A DNA stretch of 55,961 nucleotides from Candidatus Saccharimonadales bacterium (GTDB taxonomy: Bacteria; Patescibacteriota; Saccharimonadia; Saccharimonadales; UBA4665): positions 1 through 55,961 of the forward strand of contig JBBRXZ010000001.1 of assembly GCA_038238095.1 (NCBI GenBank). The letters run 5' to 3'. The notes below the pieces were generated by a model. The model had not been told where the DNA came from, did not search any database, and saw only the letters and a list, made by a program, of their open reading frames with translations. Within the stretch, counting starts at the first letter, position 1, and each line of letters begins with the position of its first letter. The translations under genes and the position numbers were made by a program. Positions 54,841 to 55,961 of the stretch are shown here, in pieces.

Positions 54841-55112
54841 CTACAACCTTTTATAATGTTTTTAGGTGGTTGGTAGGCTTCTATTTTTTGAAAAGTGTCT
54901 CTTGGGCTTAGAGCTTGCTTCTGCTTTAGGTAATTCTCCCTGTTAGCGCTCACTCGATTACCCTAGACTGGGCTGCTACTGCTATTCCGGAGATTTAGAT
55001 TGTAGCCTTTCGGTAAAGGCAGCTTGATAGCCGTTATAAACTCCGGTCCCTTGAAGTATAATCTTACTACTCAATATTTTTTGTTCACTTTTCATTTATA
55101 ACTATAAACTAC

Positions 55113-55442
55113 TTACATCTTAATTTCGACGTCGCAACCGGCTGGTAGGGAGAGGTTCATAAGGCTGTCGATGGTCTTAGGCGTAGGCTCAAAAACATCA
55201 ATAAGCCGTTTATGCACACGCATTTCAAATTGTTCGCGGCCCTTTTTATAAACATGCGGACTTTTGACCACCGTGAAGGTACTGCGGCGTGTCGGCAGTG
55301 GAATCGGCCCGGCCAATGAGGCACCGGTACGCAATGCCGTATCAATGATCTGTTTAGCAGCCTGATCGATAATTTTATGGTCATAAGCCTTAAGGCGAAT
55401 TCGTATCCGCTGCTTGATATCCGGTTGTTTAGCATCTGCCAT
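55113..55442 (-). CDS. rpsJ: 30S ribosomal protein S10
   Basis: [28 protein letters not shown]...GPIPLPT, HKRLIDV..P. Position after tuf. Confidence 0.95.
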   Translation of the reverse strand: MADAKQPDIKQRIRIRLKAYDHKIIDQAAKQIIDTALRTGASLAGPIPLPTRRSTFTVVKSPHVYKKGREQFEMRVHKRLIDVFEPTPKTIDSLMNLSLPAGCDVEIKM

Positions 55443-55528
55443 AGGTGTTATTCCTTCCTGAGCTTACCACTCAGCCCGCTGTAACATCTCTTTATCTTTC
55501 AAAAGCGACTTTTAGTCAGCAAGATTAA

Positions 55529-55961
55529 TTATTTGACGACTTTGGTGACGACGCCGGCGCCGACGGTGCGGCCGCCTTCGCGGATGGCAAATCTCAGGCC
55601 CTGCTCCATAGCAATGGGGGCAAGTAATTTTACCTTAAATGTTATGGTGTCGCCGGGCATGACCATTTCTTTGTCCGCTGGCAGTTCGACTTCGCCGGTT
55701 ACGTCGGTGGTGCGAAAATAGAACTGTGGCTTGTAGCCCTTAAAGAATGGCGTGTGGCGGCCGCCCTCTTCTTTAGTCAAGATATAAACTTCAGAATCAA
55801 ACTCGGTATGCGGCGTGATGGTGCCGGGCTTGGCCAGAACCTGGCCGCGTTCAATATCATCGCGCTCAATACCCCGAAGCAGAATACCGGCGTTATCGCC
55901 GGCCTGACCCTGGTCAAGGCTCTTTTTGAAAGCTTCAATGCCGGTTACGACACTCTTGGTA
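55529..55961 (-). CDS. tuf: Elongation factor Tu, C-terminal part only (5' end beyond the window)
   Basis: The frame is open to the window edge: [73 protein letters not shown]...VVTKVVK. Confidence 0.95.
   Translation of the reverse strand, partial: TKSVVTGIEAFKKSLDQGQAGDNAGILLRGIERDDIERGQVLAKPGTITPHTEFDSEVYILTKEEGGRHTPFFKGYKPQFYFRTTDVTGEVELPADKEMVMPGDTITFKVKLLAPIAMEQGLRFAIREGGRTVGAGVVTKVVK

Overview
Bacterial chromosomal window with about 90 supportable features and four distinct parts. (1) nt 1-7280 is an AT-rich accessory region. It holds a five-gene, translationally coupled operon: an OLD-family ATPase/TOPRIM nuclease (5'-truncated by the window edge), a minimal UvrD-like helicase, a PD-(D/E)xK + DEDD-exonuclease-like (DUF2779-type) protein, an orphan protein and a HAD-like phosphatase. 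This looks like an extended, undescribed Gabija-like defence system. Next to it is a NYN-domain two-gene cassette bracketed by diverged 84-bp direct repeats. (2) nt 7286-15086 carries housekeeping genes (sanA, rpmG, three tRNAs with an HNH endonuclease between them, def, holB, rluD-like, trpS). (3) nt 15247-36870 is an aromatic amino-acid cluster: aroB, an aroA-aroK fusion, aroE, aroD, aroC, chorismate mutase, a tyrA-pheA fusion, tkt, tal, trpR-like-trpCBAEGDF and a DAHP synthase. It is interrupted by an AbiEi/AbiEii cassette flanked by 53-bp duplications of the tyrA-pheA 3' end. (4) nt 36890-55961 is the alpha/spc/S10 ribosomal-protein cluster up to tuf. It has no rpmD, adk or map, many low-complexity tails on ribosomal proteins, a 73-aa acidic ORF between rplE and rpsN, and a 3-kb insertion (661-aa orphan + YtxH-like protein) between rpsJ and rplC. 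I recognised no rRNA, CRISPR array, transposase or integrase. The missing L30 fits a CPR/Patescibacteria-like lineage but does not establish it. All functional calls rest on motif recognition by eye; no database search was run.
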